Source: Lama guanicoe (Eukaryota). Taken from it: DNA of 64,000 bases. The notes under the pieces are model-generated. The model searched no databases, had not been told where the DNA came from, and saw nothing but the letters and a program-made list of their open reading frames with translations. Position numbers and translations under genes: made by a program. The DNA lies in contig MU056050.1 of NCBI GenBank assembly GCA_013239625.1, forward strand, positions 2,776,084 to 2,840,083, given 5' to 3'. Positions 38,062-51,938 of this stretch are shown here, piece by piece (the first letter of the stretch is position 1; each line of letters begins with the position of its first letter).

Positions 38062-39362
38062 AGGTCAGCCAGAGAAGGTGTTGTCCAGGTCAGAGAAACT
38101 GCAGGTGAGACATCTCTAGTGACAGGGGAGTTCCAAGTAATCCTCTAGAGAAAATATCAGCTTTGGATGTCTGCGACACTCCAATGGCAGGTTAAAACTG
38201 AACCAATAAAGGGAAGCTTTTTTCCTGCCCTTCCTTCTAGTCCCTCCCTGTGCTTCAAGCCTGGAGGCAGAGTTTGAGGCAGCACAGTGAGAGGGGGAGG
38301 AAGGGAAGAGAAAATGGATGAGTGGGGGAAGCCAGCCACACTCCCTACCCTCTTCCCACTACAGGTTTCCTGGCTGAGTTAGACCTGAGCTGGGGGAGGG
38401 GAGATACTTGGAAAAAGGTGACAGATGGAAGCTGTGATATATTAGACTGGACTGGAATTCTTAATGCCTAAAAAACAAAACTATTTTTTAATATCTGAGA
38501 GTGACTGAAAAAGGTATGAGCTCTGTCTGAAATTTCATGCAGGGTTGGGGAAAAATGATTCCACAGAGCTTGTGGTGTGAAGCAGTGGTGTGAAAGAATT
38601 ATATTGCTTTCTGCTTACACCCTACTGTGTCGAGTTCATTCAATAAACTAGTTTATGTAAGTGCCACACTATATGTATAGTCAAGGTTCAGTGAGTGGTA
38701 GCACATAGAAGAAAGCAATAAACTCTTCCCAGGGAGGCCAGGGAAGGTCTGACACCTTCTCTCAGAGGAGTTACTGATTGAGCTGGATTTTAAAGAAGAA
38801 AGAATTTTCCAGGTGAGGATGGCGAGGAGGACATTCCAGGAAAAGGGAACGGTGTGTACAAAAGTAGGAGGTACATATGGGTAACTGCAAGTGGTTTAAT
38901 GATTTCGAATTACTACAGTAATAAACTGCGCTGGGATAGAGGAAGGAGGTGGGGTAACATTTGGAAACCTGCTTATGAAATGCTTTTTTTCTGAAAGTGA
39001 CAGAGGGCCAGAAGAGCCAAGTATTTTAAGTAGGGGGAATGACATGGTCTTATTTGCATTTTAAATGATCACTCTTGTCACAGTGTGGTGGGTTGATTGG
39101 TAGGGATTGTGGATACTGGGAAGCAATGCCAGGATAAAACTGACCCAGTCAAGGAGATCTCTTGATTATCTAGAAATATCCTAATAATAGACCCATCTAT
39201 TTTTAAAGACATTTCATCTAAATATAGTAGGGTTCCCAGCTTGAGTCCTGGCTGGGATTTGGATTTGTCTGGGCTTATGCAATGAACTGCCGTGATGGGC
39301 AGCTATAAGTCTTTTAGCCTCGTAAGACCCTGTGAGTACTGTAAAGAGAACTCATTCTAAGG

Positions 39363-39840
39363 CAGTGATTCTTAACCTGGGGTTCAGGAATAGAATTCAT
39401 GGGGTCTGTGAACTTGGAAGGGAAAACAATTACATCTTTGAAATTTAGCATTTCCCCCCAATTATGAACATAGGCAACAAGCCACAATAGTAGTAGCTGT
39501 ATCTATGACTCTGTCATGGAAAGAAATCATGATATTTTTATACCACAGGGCAATTTTTTTCAGCTGTCTCAAAATATTGTTTACTCGTGCACTACTTTGA
39601 ATTATTGTGGTGTTAGACTTGCTGCTAGATTATTTATTTAACATGTTATTAAGAAGCATATAACCATATAAAATTTGTGTTAAAATTGTTTGATAATTGT
39701 ATTTCAGTGTAATTGGTTTCCTTTGTAAATTGACATATTTTATTTCATGCATTTAAGAACATTTTTCTAAGAAAGAGTCCATAGAGCTCACCAGATTGCC
39801 AAAGGGGTGCATGGCCAAATAAAAAGGTCAGGAACTCCTG
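39363..39840 (+). mobile_element. hAT-Charlie non-autonomous element (MER113-like)
   Basis: Inverted termini cagtgattcttaacct / aggtcaggaactcctg; imperfect TSD ttctaagg / tttaagga. Confidence 0.7.
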
Positions 39841-39902
39841 TTTAAGGAAAAAAAGATCACTCAGATTTGTCTTCCTGTCCATTTACATGTGAGACTGAGT
39901 AC

Positions 39903-40456
39903 TCTAGGGGAGGAAAAATCATTTCCCCTCTACCCTCTGCGCTCTTGGCTGAGACTCCCCGGTAATGAAACACAGATAAACAGGAGAAAAACAGAAATTC
40001 AGTAGCATGTATTCCTTCTGCATATATGGGAGAGACCCAGGAAAACTAAGTAACTTGGAAATGTCGCAAGCCAATACCTTAAACACCATCTACAACTAAA
40101 AACAAAAGAAGAAGGGGGGGCAGTTATAGGAGGCTGCCAGGAAAAGCATAATAGACAAGGGTAAGGTTGTTATGCAAATTTAAGTCATTGCCTTCTCCAC
40201 TGATAAGAGTTTCCAGAGATTTAGTCACCCCCTCTCCTTTTCCTGGGGGCAGGGGGAAAGAGATCTTGCCAGTGCCTTACAAATAGAGAATTCCCTAATA
40301 TATCCTAATAAATGTACATTTCTCTCATAAAAGGGTAACTTCTACTTGGTTTTCAGAGCTTCTTCTGTGTCTGCTGTTTCTTAAAAATAACCAGCCTAAA
40401 ATAATCCTTGTGCCAGAGAGGCATAGTTTCATGTGGCAAATTCTGCTCCCCCTTGG
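39903..40456 (-). mobile_element. MER34/MER39-like ERV1 solo LTR
   Basis: aaagggtaacttctact...tttcagagcttc...aaataatccttgtgccagagaggcata. Confidence 0.75.
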
Positions 40457-41762
40457 TAGCTTATGATGAAAGCAATATCTGCATGCTCCCAATAAGAATG
40501 ATGAGGCTTTGGTTCGCTTATAACATCCACTCTGCCTCCTTTCACTGAAAAAGATAACAGGGCACAAGCAGCCTTCTTCCCCACTTGTCAGCACAGCACC
40601 ATGCAGATCTGACATCTCTAGACTCCAGTGCCTCAGCCTCAGTGGGACATCCAGAAGCCTCGTAGGAGTTGGCAGATGATGCCTAGTGGGGGACAGTGGT
40701 GCCTGGCTGATGCCATTATGCCCAGCAAAGAGAGTGAGCAGGGGAGGTGGAAACAGAAGAAATGGCAGAACCACATCGTAGTTGGTCAGTCAGTGGTTAA
40801 AGTTGTGCTCATAGGTGATCTCCACTCCCAAGGAATACCTACTAACACTCTAGACAGCCCTTAATTGAAGACATTGAGGTTTTGGGTGCGTTGAATGGAA
40901 GAAACTATAAAATTTGGCGATTACATTTAGCTCTGTAGTGTCCACAGGCTGGAGAGGCCTGAAGAAATTTGTGTTCCAAAGCTATTTGTTGTGAGAGAGC
41001 CATCACATTGGCTTTTATTATTACTTTTTAATATAAAAGATAAAAATCAAGTGAGTTCTCATTTTTGTGTTCAATATTCCATTAGTTTAAGATCCTCTAC
41101 ATGTGTTTACAGAAATATTTTATGACCTGAGTATAACTTCAGAGGATGAGAGCATATTTCCCCCAGCAGCTGCTTTAGAGCTCACTCAAGTAATCAGCTC
41201 CCAGCTTCCGGAACAAATCTTAGTTTCCTTGAACAGCAGTATCATCAGTCATTCACTGATGTGTATTTGAATGGAGAAAAATGCCAGGTGTTTGAACTTC
41301 ATCCCCCATAGGTTTACAATTAAGCTGTCAGTAGTTTCCTGCTGGGTTTTAAAGGTTTGTTTGTTTGGTTGGTTGCATTTATTTGCTTTATATAAAGAAA
41401 AGGAATCCTCTAATCCTTGGGGTGGAGATGTGCCACTGGAAATGCTGCTATTCTGTGACAAAAAATGCTGAGTTTACCATCAGCTATGTCCATTTAGATT
41501 TGTCAATTGTATATTGAGGTTCCTACATTACAAATACAGGGTATTCTCTTTTTCTGCAGGGTGTTATTTAAAAGTAGGCCACGGTATTAAATAAAACGAT
41601 ATGTGACAAGTGCTTAGAACAGTGCTTATTGGCACAGAAGTGCTTGATAAATGTTAGCTATCACCATCATCATCACCAAAACTCTCACCATCATAACCCT
41701 ACCCAAGAAGCATGAATTTGAATACTACTCTCCAGGCTGCTATCGTTTTGTATAGAGTATAT

Positions 41763-42051
41763 ATATCAACCCTCTGTGTCCGCAGGTTCTGCATTCATGG
41801 ATCCAACCAACTGCTGATCATAATATTAGGAAAAAAGTGCCAGAAAGTTCCGAAAAGCAAAACTTGAATTTGCCATGCTGGCAACTATTTACATTATATT
41901 AGGTATTACAAGTAATCTAGAGATGATCTGAAGTATATGAGAGGATGTGTGTAGGTTATATACAAATACTATGCCATTTTACATAAGGGACTTGAGTATC
42001 TACGGATTTTGATATCCAAAACAATCCCCCAAGGATACCGAGGTCCGACTA
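41763..42051 (-). mobile_element. MER2 (Tigger MITE)
   Basis: Reverse-complement homologue of 3371-3718. Confidence 0.85.
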
Positions 42052-42429
42052 TAATTTTCCCTCTTCAAAGAAAGGACCTGCCAGTTACTCTCCACATAGG
42101 CAGTCAGAAGGGCACCCTGGAGCAGGTCTTTGAGAGGCCATCTCAGTTGTGCAGATGTACACCAGACAGATGCACAGAAGTCTGGAGCAAGGGTGGGCCA
42201 GTCACCATGAGAAGTACAGGGAGGGAAGAGAATTATATGTCCAGCCTCTCTGTCCTGAGATTTGGAGTTAGGAGGCTCTATCAAGGTGGAGAGAGTGGCC
42301 CTTTTCAAAGCCTAATGCCAGGAAAGGATAATAGGGTCCATGAAATAAAGTTACCAACAATTTAAAGAGAGGACCGTCTGGTGGGCTGGCCTTGGCACTG
42401 AGTAAAGAGACAGGCAAGGGGGTGGCGGC

Positions 42430-42602
42430 AGAATTGGCAGAATAATTTGCGGTGTTAGTACAAAGTGAAAACGTGGAGCCCCTTGTGCAAAAATTAAGAA
42501 CTTCAAGACAGCAACAGCAAAATATTAAACCATAGGGGAGGCCCTTCTAAGCATAAGGCTCTGTGCAACTGCATAGGTTGTACACCCATGATGTCAGCCC
42601 TG
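42430..42602 (-). mobile_element. MER45A-like hAT-Tip100 MITE
   Basis: tgtgcaactgcataggttgtacacccatgatgtcagccctg terminus. Confidence 0.7.
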
Positions 42603-42740
42603 GATGATGGTCTTGGGTTCCTGAGGCTGCACACAAGAGAACTGTCCTTGCCCTTCTCTTCTAGAGCTGCCTTACTACCTGAGGAAGCAGTTACATAGAA
42701 AATGAAATTGCTGGTCACTAAGAGCTATAACTAGATCCAC

Positions 42741-43230
42741 TGAGGTCAGTTTCTTCATTTTCTATTGCTGCTTAAACATTAGTGATGTAAGACCATACAA
42801 AGTTATGATCGTACAGTTCCATAATTCAGAAGTTTGAAATAAATCTCACTGGGCTAAAATCAAGGTATTGGCAGGGCTGGTTCCTTCTGAAGATTCTAGG
42901 AGAGAATGCATTTCCTGGCCTTTCCCTGTTTCTAGAGGCCACGTGCATTCCTTAGCTCATGGTACCCTTCCTCCATCCTCAAAGCTAGAGATGTTGCATT
43001 TTTCTGATTATTCTTCTGTAGTCACATCTCCCTCTGACTCTACTCTTCTGCCTCCTGCTTCCACTTTTAAGGACATTGGGCCCACCTGGATAATCTAGGA
43101 TAATCCTCTATCTGCTGATTAGCAATTTTAATTTCATCTACAACATTAATTACCCCTTTCTAGGTAACATATCATATTTATAGGTTCCAAGGATTAGGAC
43201 ATCTTTGGGGGCATTATTCTGCCTACCACA
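42741..43230 (-). mobile_element. MaLR LTR (MLT1C/D/E-like)
   Basis: ctcactgggctaaaatcaaggtattggcagggctggttccttctg...gggggcattattctgcctaccaca. Confidence 0.85.
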
Positions 43231-43249
43231 CTCAAAAAACCAAACCAAA

Positions 43250-44425
43250 CCAGACCTTGCCTTCAAACTGTATTATTGGTTTTAACAAACAGAACATACC
43301 TAAATCTTAACTACACAACTTGATGAATTTTTATATAAATATACACTTGTGTAGTATGTAAATATACACCTGCATAACCACCATTCAGATCAAGATATAA
43401 AATATATTTCACATGTTCCTTCTCAGTCAGTATCCATGCCCCAGATATAATCAGTATTCTGTCTATCACTGTATCAGTTGTCTATCACAAACCACTCCAA
43501 AACTTGGTAGATTAACATAACAACCATTTTAGTTGCTTATAATTCTGGGGGTCAGGAATTTAGGCTGGGCTTAGCTGGGCAATTATTCTGCTGGTCTCAC
43601 TTGTGGTCATTCATTTTGTTGCAGTCATTTGGCAGTTTGACTGGGGCTGGATGGTACAAGATGGTCTCATACATATATCTTGTGGTTGGTGCTGGCTGTC
43701 AGCTGGGCCCCTTTCTCTCCATATGGGTATTTAAATCCTCAAAAAGGTTAGACTGAGCTACTTTACATGGAGATCTCAGGGCAGCAAGATGCCCAGAAGT
43801 TGTACTATGTCACCCCCAGTGCATTCTTTTGGTTAAAGCAAGTCACAAGGCCACCCCAGATTCCAGGTGTAGAGAGATAAACTCTACTTCTTGATGACAA
43901 GAGCTTCAAAAAAGCTTATGGCCATTTTTCATCACATTACAATTTAATTTTGCCTGTTCTTAAACTTCATATAAATGGAATCATACTGAAAGTATTCTTG
44001 TTTCTGGCTTCTTTTGTTCAAACTTATGTATGTGGAATCCAACTATGTTTTTGTGTGTGGCAGTAGATTGTTCTTTCCTATTGCTGCTGCTCATATTCCA
44101 CTGCATGAATACACCGCAATGTATTTATTCATTCTACCATTGATGAACATTTGACTTGTTTCTACTTTGTGGCTATTATAAAAAAGCTGCTATTGATATT
44201 CTTGTCCATGTCTTTTGAAGGGCATATGTACTCAGCTATCTTGGGTATGTACCTAGGAATGGAATTACTGGGTCAGGGAGCAGGCTGATATTAAGCTTTA
44301 GAAAATATTGCCAAATAGTTTTCTGAAGTGACTGCACTAATTTACACATCCATAAGCAATATATGAGAGTTCTGGTTGCTCCACATCCTTGTGAACACTT
44401 GGTATTGTCAGCCTTTTAAATTTCA
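43250..44425 (-). mobile_element. Old L1 3' end split by an MLT1F/G-like LTR (~43469-43940)
   Basis: L1 text resumes at aattttgcctgttcttaaacttcatataaatggaatcatac; the inner LTR contains gggtcaggaatttaggctgggcttagctggg. Confidence 0.75.
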
Positions 44426-44439
44426 GATTTTAGATTTCA

Positions 44440-45195
44440 ACATCTTAAGTAACCATAGTACATTTGTAAAAATTGAGAAATTAACATTGGTAGATTTATT
44501 GTTAATTAATGTGCAGACTTTATTTAGATGTCACCAATTTTTCCACTAATGTCCTTTTCCCCCCAGTATCCAATCCAGGATAGCACATTGCATTTAGTTG
44601 TCATGTCACCTTAGTCTCCTCCAATATGTCACAATTTGTCAGTCTTTTTTTGTCTTTCATGAACTTGGCTAATTTTGAATGGCCAGGTATTTTCTAGAAT
44701 GTCCCTCAGTTTGGGTTTGTTTGCCATGATTTTTTTCTCATGATTGAAATTTCATGATTTCTCTGGGATTATGGGTTTTTAGAAAGAGCACTATAGAAGT
44801 GAAGCACCCATATCATTGCATCATATGGGGGTATGTGATTTCAATATGATTTATCACTGCTGTTGTTAACACTGACCACTTAGTTAAGGTGGTGTCTGCC
44901 AGATTTTCCACTGTGAAGTTACTATTTTCCCTTTTCTGTACTCTATTCTTTGGAATTGAGCCATTAAGTCCAGCCCACACTCAAGGAAAGGGGTGTTATG
45001 GTCCCCCTCCTTTAGAGTAGAGTATCTACATAATATATTTAAAATTATTTTGCATGGTAGATTCGTCTCTTTTCCTCCATTTATGTAGTTATTCAATCAT
45101 TTATTTATCTCTGTATAGACTCATGGATATTTATTTTATTCTCTGAGTTATCATCCAATATTATTATTATTTATTTTGTTGCTCAAATTGTACAA
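44440..45195 (-). mobile_element. L1MC4-like 3' end
   Basis: cacattgcatttagttgtcatgtc...gaatgtccctcagtttgggtttgt...ttttgttgctcaaattgt. Confidence 0.75.
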
Positions 45196-45214
45196 TGACC
45201 AAATTTGAGCTAAT

Positions 45215-46290
45215 GAAAAGATATTGAATACTGTATCAAAACCTGCAGAATATAACTGTTTTCAAGTACACATAGAATACATCAAATATGACCATGAACT
45301 GGGCCATAATGATACCCCTAACATTTCAAATAATTAAAATCACAGAGAATATATTTTCCAACTTTGATGCAATTAAATTAGACATCAATTACAAAAATAT
45401 ATCTAGAAAGCCCTCATATTTAGGAAATTAAGAAACAGATTTTGAAATAACTCTTGGATCAAATAAAATGTAGTGGAAATTAAGAGATATTTTCGACTTC
45501 ACAACAATGACTATATTACATATTAAAATTTGTGGGATGCAGTTAAAGTAGTACCTGGAAGGAAAATTACAGCCTTAAAAGTCTATATGAAAAAGAAGGA
45601 AGGTTGAAATTTAAAGAGCTAAGTTCATGAAGTCAAAAAAAACTTAGCCCAAAGATTGCAGAAGGAAGAAAACAATAAAGGTGATGTGAAAGACAAAAAC
45701 CACTGGACAATTAGAAAATTTTATTCAGGCTATTGCAATCAGATGAATATTTTTTAATGAAGAATACCTCAAAAGGAAGGGGTTCAGGGTTTTGTAGAGG
45801 TAGGTAAACAAGGGAATTGTAGGTAAGAACTATGCGATTCATGAGGAGGGAAAGAGATGGATCTTCTTTGAGGTATTGAGGAAGAGGTGTGTCCTCTCTA
45901 GGGATATGTGAGGGCAGGGCGGTCCTTTGCAAGTTAGCCAGAGCACAAAAGGGTGGGAGCACAGGGTGCAGATAATGTTCAGCATTGTCAGTAAGAAAAG
46001 AAATTAATGAAACAGAATACAAAATAATAATACAACAGAGTGGACCAGCAACACCAAAAGTTGTTCCTACAAAAAGAGCAATAAAATCGACCAATCTCTA
46101 GCAAGGCTGATCACGAATATACGAAAAGGTCTAAACAATCAATATCAGAAATGAAAAATGAGATCACTACATATGTTGCAGACATTAAGGAGATGATAAG
46201 AGTATATTATAAATGACTATATTGAAAACTTTAGATGAAACTAGAAAATTCCTAAGAAAAATATTACTTATCAAAATTGACTGAAGAAAA
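45215..46290 (+). mobile_element. Old L1 ORF2 fragment split by an LTR-like insert (45685-45990)
   Basis: aaaatttgtgggatgcagttaaagtagtacc; the insert has TG...CA ends with flanks gtga / gtaa. Confidence 0.7.
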
Positions 46291-47049
46291 ATTAGGCAAT
46301 TTTACTCCTACTCATGCTGCAGGCCATGTCTCTATAAACTGAAGAAAACTCATGAAAGTTGTCAGGTTTTTGTCAACACTCCTTTCCTCAGTACTAATTA
46401 TGGGATTGGAGGTGGGTTTGGAAGCACCAGAAACTTTTTTCCCCTGGTTATCTTTTTAAAAAGTTTACAACGTAAGGTTTTTCCGTTTTCCTTCTCTGAC
46501 TGTTATTGGTGAATTCAGAGCAGCGAAAACAAGACTATTTTTCTTAACTTAATTAGGAATCTTAACACAGAATACAGCAGAATGAAACAGAACTGCCTAA
46601 TTTCAACCCTCCTCCCTCCTAATTCTTATGTGGTTCTTCTGTGACAGCCCTTAGTAAAAGCCAAACACAAATTTATGGTAATGTGTAAAGGGGAGCAGCT
46701 AATTCAGCCATGTGTGTTGCTTTTGAATAGTCTAAATTAACATATGGTTAAAGATAAAAAAAAATTGAATAGTGAGTGTATTGTCAGAATGTAGCTGAGA
46801 CTAGTGGTCTTCACTCTCTGGTTAACAGATTAACTGTATGAGGATCACCTGGGAGCATTTTGCCTGGAGCCAGGCCTGGAGATCTGCATTCTATACGTCC
46901 ATTGGGTAATTCTGATGGACATGTAGGCTTGGGAAGCACTATCTTACATTGTTTCTCTTAAGCAGTTTCTTAAACTGTTTTTCTTAACAATTGTCTCAAT
47001 TGTGCTATTATTGTATTTAAGATGACTCTGTTCAGTAAGTTCCAGAATG

Positions 47050-47590
47050 CAGAAATTCTCTATTTGTAATCAGACTGAGCTGTAAACTGGTAGGACCATT
47101 CTGGAGAACAATTTAACAATATATAATAAAATTGGAGGTGCGTGTATGGGAAAAACTCCACCTCTAGGCATATACTCACAGATATAGACCAGAAGACATG
47201 TACAATGTTATTGATTACAGCTGTTGCTAATGGTGAAAAAACTGGAAAATGTACATTCACAGAGTGAACTCAAACAGAAGTTAAAGCGAACGAACTAATT
47301 CACAGTTATCAACATGTGAAAATTTAGAAAACATCATGTAAAGTGAAAAGTTTGTGCAAGTTTGAAAAAGTTGATACCATTTACTGCAGAGATAACACTA
47401 TATATTGCTTATGGATAAATACATTTTTATAAAAGCATACCCAGGAAGATATACATCAACCTTGGGTTACTTTTGGAGAGAGAAGGAGGAAGGAGGAGAG
47501 GGAGAAAATGTGATGGGGAGAACTTTAGTTGTATCATTAACATTAAATCTCTTTAAAGAAAAAGATTGGAAGCAGGTATGCAGTCTTCAC
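47050..47590 (+). mobile_element. Ancient L1ME 3' fragment
   Basis: aaactggtaggaccattctggagaacaattt...aactccacctctaggcatatac. Confidence 0.65.
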
Positions 47591-47599
47591 AAAAGTGTT

Positions 47600-47742
47600 A
47601 AATCCACCACTTCCTAGCTGTGTGATCTTGGGCAAAATATTTAACCTTTATGAGACCCAGCTCCCTCTCTGTCAAAAGGGATAACAATTGTGCCTATAAT
47701 TCATACAGTTCTTTTGAAGATTAAATGAGGTTATATATATAC

Positions 47743-47774
<32 letters not shown>

Positions 47775-47782
47775 GTATATAT
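47600..47782 (+). mobile_element. MIR followed by (TA)n
   Basis: ccaccacttcctagctgtgtgatcttgggcaaaatatttaacct...gaagattaaatgag. Confidence 0.75.
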
Positions 47783-47951
47783 TTTGCATAGGCACCCTGT
47801 GATCTTTCCCTAAATCATCGCTGTTATCATTACCAGCAAGAAAGTGTCAAAAGCATTCATTCAGCTGTGGATCAGTAAGGGCAGATGGGGAAAAGGTTAG
47901 GAAGGTTTGGATCAAGTCCTACGAGCTTGTTGGCTTGTTGCCCATTCCTTT

Positions 47952-48114
47952 GTTTTTTTATTTTTTTATTTTTTGGTTTTTTGTTTCGTTTTGGGGGGAG
48001 GTAATTAGGTTCATTTGTTTGTTTGTTTGTTTATTTTAATGGAGGAACTGGGGATTGAACCCAAGATCTCATGCATGCTAAGCACGTGCTCTACCACTGA
48101 GCTATACCTTCCCC
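47952..48114 (-). mobile_element. tRNA-derived SINE (Vic-1-like)
   Basis: Reverse complement ggggaaggtatagctcagtggtagagcacgtgcttagcatgc...gggttcaatcccc; TSD cccattccttt at 47941-47951 and 48119-48129. Confidence 0.9.
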
Positions 48115-50499
48115 AGTTCCCATTCCTTTCTAATAGCAAAATGGAGTCTACTGAGCAAGGCTCAAAAAGTTTATGGAAAAATCACAAGGATACTTTAAGT
48201 GGTATTTTAAAAAGTTGTGTGGTGGTATGGAGTTGGGCTTGTCAGTAGTACCCTCATCAGAGAAGAAAAGAAGTTGACTTCACTTCTTCCTGTTTATTCA
48301 ATCATCAGCTATAGCCTATTGAGCTTTGGGGATCCAGTGCCCTCGAAAGTCTCCTTCTTGCCATCAGATCAAAACCAGAGCAGTGGTCATTTTACACTGT
48401 AGTACAAATGAATTTATAATATAAATGTATATTGGAGGTGGCACTATTGGTAAGCTATTTCTAAGAACTGCTACGGCAAAAAGGGCCTTTCAGTTTCCTC
48501 CAATTCTAGTTAAGCGATTGTTCTCAAAGCCTGCATCCCCAGTCTTTCTGTACCAGTCAGTCTATGCTTGTCCTGAGATAACTCGCTGCTCACAGACCTG
48601 CCCCTTAATTGGTTCCTCCCCTTCTGCTTCAGCCCTCTACCTTCTGCCCCAGCCTTAAGACTCTCAGGTCCTTGGGGATTGAGAGTCCATTCCTCTTTGC
48701 TTCCCACCAGGGCACAATGGCTAATAATTCATTTGTCCTCACCCTCCACTCCAAGCGTAGTGATCCAAGCATGATTTGCCCACAAGTTAGTCGGCTGGAG
48801 CTTAGAGTCCCAGAGTTCTTGCTTCCTTGAGTTCTCCAGAGCACCTTGGAATTTGAGCAGATGTAAGAGCTTGCATGTACGACTGTGTGGTGGGAGTTGG
48901 GGAGGGAAGACTTAAAACTGTGAATAACTTCAGCAAAAATGTTCAATAGTGATGTTACTTATAGATACTTGAGAACTAACACGGAGAAAGGAAATACAAA
49001 AATCTAGTTTGTATAAAATGAATTTATGAAATCTGCTTACTCTTCATGGCTAATTTTACCATATGGACAATAATAACTATGCAAGTTGTCAATATGGGTC
49101 AGATGAGATTGATTGTAAGCTATATTTACTTGCAACGTGACACTGTGTTCAGCTGTGCTCACATTTGTGTCGATTATCTACTATGGTTTCCTGCCCATGT
49201 ATTCTGCTCATGTGGGGAAAAGAATTCAGGGAACGTGGCTCTTGTATTTCTGAGATTAACTGCCCAGGTGCCTCCTCTTTTTTCTTTTGGCATCTTCTGG
49301 GCAGCTATATCATAGAGGTCACTGTGGGTGCAAAGTACAAGAAAAGAAAGCATATGTAATAAAAGGTGTAAATTTTCCTAAAGCAGTATAAAACTGTTCC
49401 TCAGTACTCAGCATATATAGCTTATATTTACTGTATATGCTTTTTCTCTATTCTATTTACCACCTTTGATTCCTGGGAGATTAAATCTACACAAGCGTAG
49501 ATACATACTAATATGATGAACTTGAAAATGTTATTTTCCTTCCTTTATCATCAATGATTATCATTTAAAGTTGTTATGAAGGCTTTGTGACAGAGGTTAT
49601 ACTAAAATTGAAAGTATACGAACTTACTGAAAATCATGTAAAAATTAGCTATGTTTTAAATGTGGTTTCTCAGATTGATTAATTTATGCAATTGAATTGT
49701 TCTACTCTCTTGTAAACATACATTCACACTTTGCAAACTTGCACACCTGCAAAGTAAAGTGTGGTGGTATTTGTGATGTTATCATTGTTTCATCAAGAAT
49801 GATAACTCAGTCAGGTTACTTTCAAAATCTCACTTTATAGGCCATCATACATCACCTTCCTGTTTCAATACAGTGGAAATTGATTCCATAAAGGTCTTAA
49901 GGTCAGATGCATCTTAAATTTAATAGTAATAATTTAAAAACACCTTGGCATTTATGAAGTGTTGTTGCATTAATTTAGAAATGGCTTGAAGTTGTTATAA
50001 AGTTTAACATTGTATGAAAGTACCTCCCCACAAGATAGATGTATCAGTTTGGCTATGGTGAATTTTTTTCTCTAGGGATGTGTAAAAAAATTACTTCTCT
50101 TTGAATTGAAACCATGACAAGGACATCCTCTTATAGGTTTCAGTCTGAATTTTAACCAGGATTATAGAAATCATGGAATAGTTTCTGTTTCTTCCTCTTT
50201 CTTTCATCTTCCATTATTCTGTCCTTCCTTCCCGTTGGCATTTATAAGCACTATCATGTAACTAGAACTATGTTAGGTGCTAGGGATCCAGAAACAAAAG
50301 GATCAGTCCCTGCTCTCAAGGGACTAAGTCTAGTTGGTGAGAAAGAAGAATAAAGACTAATTACAGTATTGGTTGTAGAATGGTCAGGAAAGTCTTCCTG
50401 GAGGTGATAGCTGAGCTGGAAGGATGAGTGAGAGATGGCAAGGAGAGGAAATTAATTTTATTTGGATTATTAATGCTTTGTGCCTATGACAGCTTTCTT

Positions 50500-51904
50500 T
50501 ATACCCAAAGTGGCAGAGTAGGGAACTCCCGGGCTCCATCCCTCCATTAAAGCAACTAATGAGCTGGCAAAAACTGTCAGAATCAACTTTTGCGGAACTC
50601 TGGAACCTAGTGGAAAACGTACAACAACCAGGGGAAAGCTTAATGAAGAAAGAAGCTGCTGCGTTGCAGCATCAGAATTCTCCAGTGTTTTAAATTGTCT
50701 ACCTAGCCTTTCCCACATACTAGATGGGAGGCAGCCACGAAGACAGCAGCCTGTACTCCTGGTACAGGTTGCCAAGTGCCTGAGGGAACAATTATAGACC
50801 TTATTCTCCAGGAATTGTGGTATATTTCAGTCTGTCTAGTGGCTCCTGAAGGACTGATACACAAGGGCTTGCCTTTGTTTCGCCCAGCTCAGAGTGTTCC
50901 TAGGTCTGGGACAGTTTTCCAAGTGGCATTTGCCAAAAGCACTTAAAGACAAACGTATTGGCCATAGCAGCTTAGGGCAAGGGATAACAGTCAGGACAAG
51001 CAAGAGACAGATCAAAGAGCCTGGGAAGGAAGAGTCTGGGAAAGGAGATACATGGAGGAATAAGCGTTTTTGAAAGCTCCTGCATAAATCAGGGAATTGA
51101 GAATAATTCTACATGCGCAGAAATGGCCTAATCCTCAGAGAAGATCCTAAACTTTCTCTTCTGGCTGACCTTCAGGCTCTGCACAAGCAGGAAATAAAGG
51201 TGAGGGCAGTGTTGTAAATGGCCTGACTAAGCATTGAAGGAGTGTCCCAACACAGACAATCTTCAAAGAGTGGGGGGAGTTTTAAAGTCTTTTTCACAGC
51301 AAAGGAAACCATAAACAAAACAAAAAGACAACCACCTACGGACTGGGAGAAAATATTTGCAAACTGCGACTGACAAGGGCTTAACTTCCAGAATATACAA
51401 ACAGCTCATACAACACAATAACAAAAAACCCCAAACGACCCAATCAAAAAATGGGCAAAAGACCTAAATTGACATTTCTCCAGTGAAGACATACACATGG
51501 CCAATAGGCACATGAAAAGATGCTCAGTATTGCTAATTATCAGAGAAATGTAAAACGAAAAATCCCAGTCAGAATGGCCATCATTAAAAAGTCTACAAAT
51601 GACAAATGCTGGAGAGGGTGTGGAGAAAAGGGAGCCCTCCTACACTATTGGTAGGAATGCAGTTTGGTGCAGCCGTTATGGAAAACAGTATGGAGATTCC
51701 TCATAAAACTAAAAACAAATTTACCATATGATACTACAATCCCACTCCTGGGCATATATCTGGAGGGAACTCTAATTTGAAAAGATATATGAACCCCAAT
51801 GTTCATAGCAGCACTACTTACCGTAGCCAAGACATGGAAACAACCTAAATGTCCATCAACAGATGACTGAATAAAGATGTGGTATGTGTGTGTGTATATG
51901 TATC

Positions 51905-51938
<34 letters not shown>

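Larger units (their letters stand above)
36290..38660 (+). mobile_element. Ancient LTR (MamGypLTR1-like) split by two younger LTRs
   Basis: ggaatttgctaaaggatgacttc | ...tggcccctcagcc...ttaccctgaagaagtatataa; ends caataaactagttta. Confidence 0.5.

Noticed and set aside
40628..40864. VVKVVLIGDLHSQG resembling a GDSL/SGNH block I
   Set aside because: The catalytic Ser is absent and no downstream blocks were found; likely chance
48040..48114. tRNA-Ala-like sequence (also at ~2470-2547 and ~22190-22265) as tRNA genes
   Set aside because: Each has a non-tRNA tail and poly-A, and two have clear TSDs, so they are SINE heads
48425..48946. Cluster of overlapping 65-105 aa ORFs as a possible pseudogene or exon
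   Set aside because: No recognisable protein similarity, polyA/TSD or convincing splice pair; a BLASTX search would be needed
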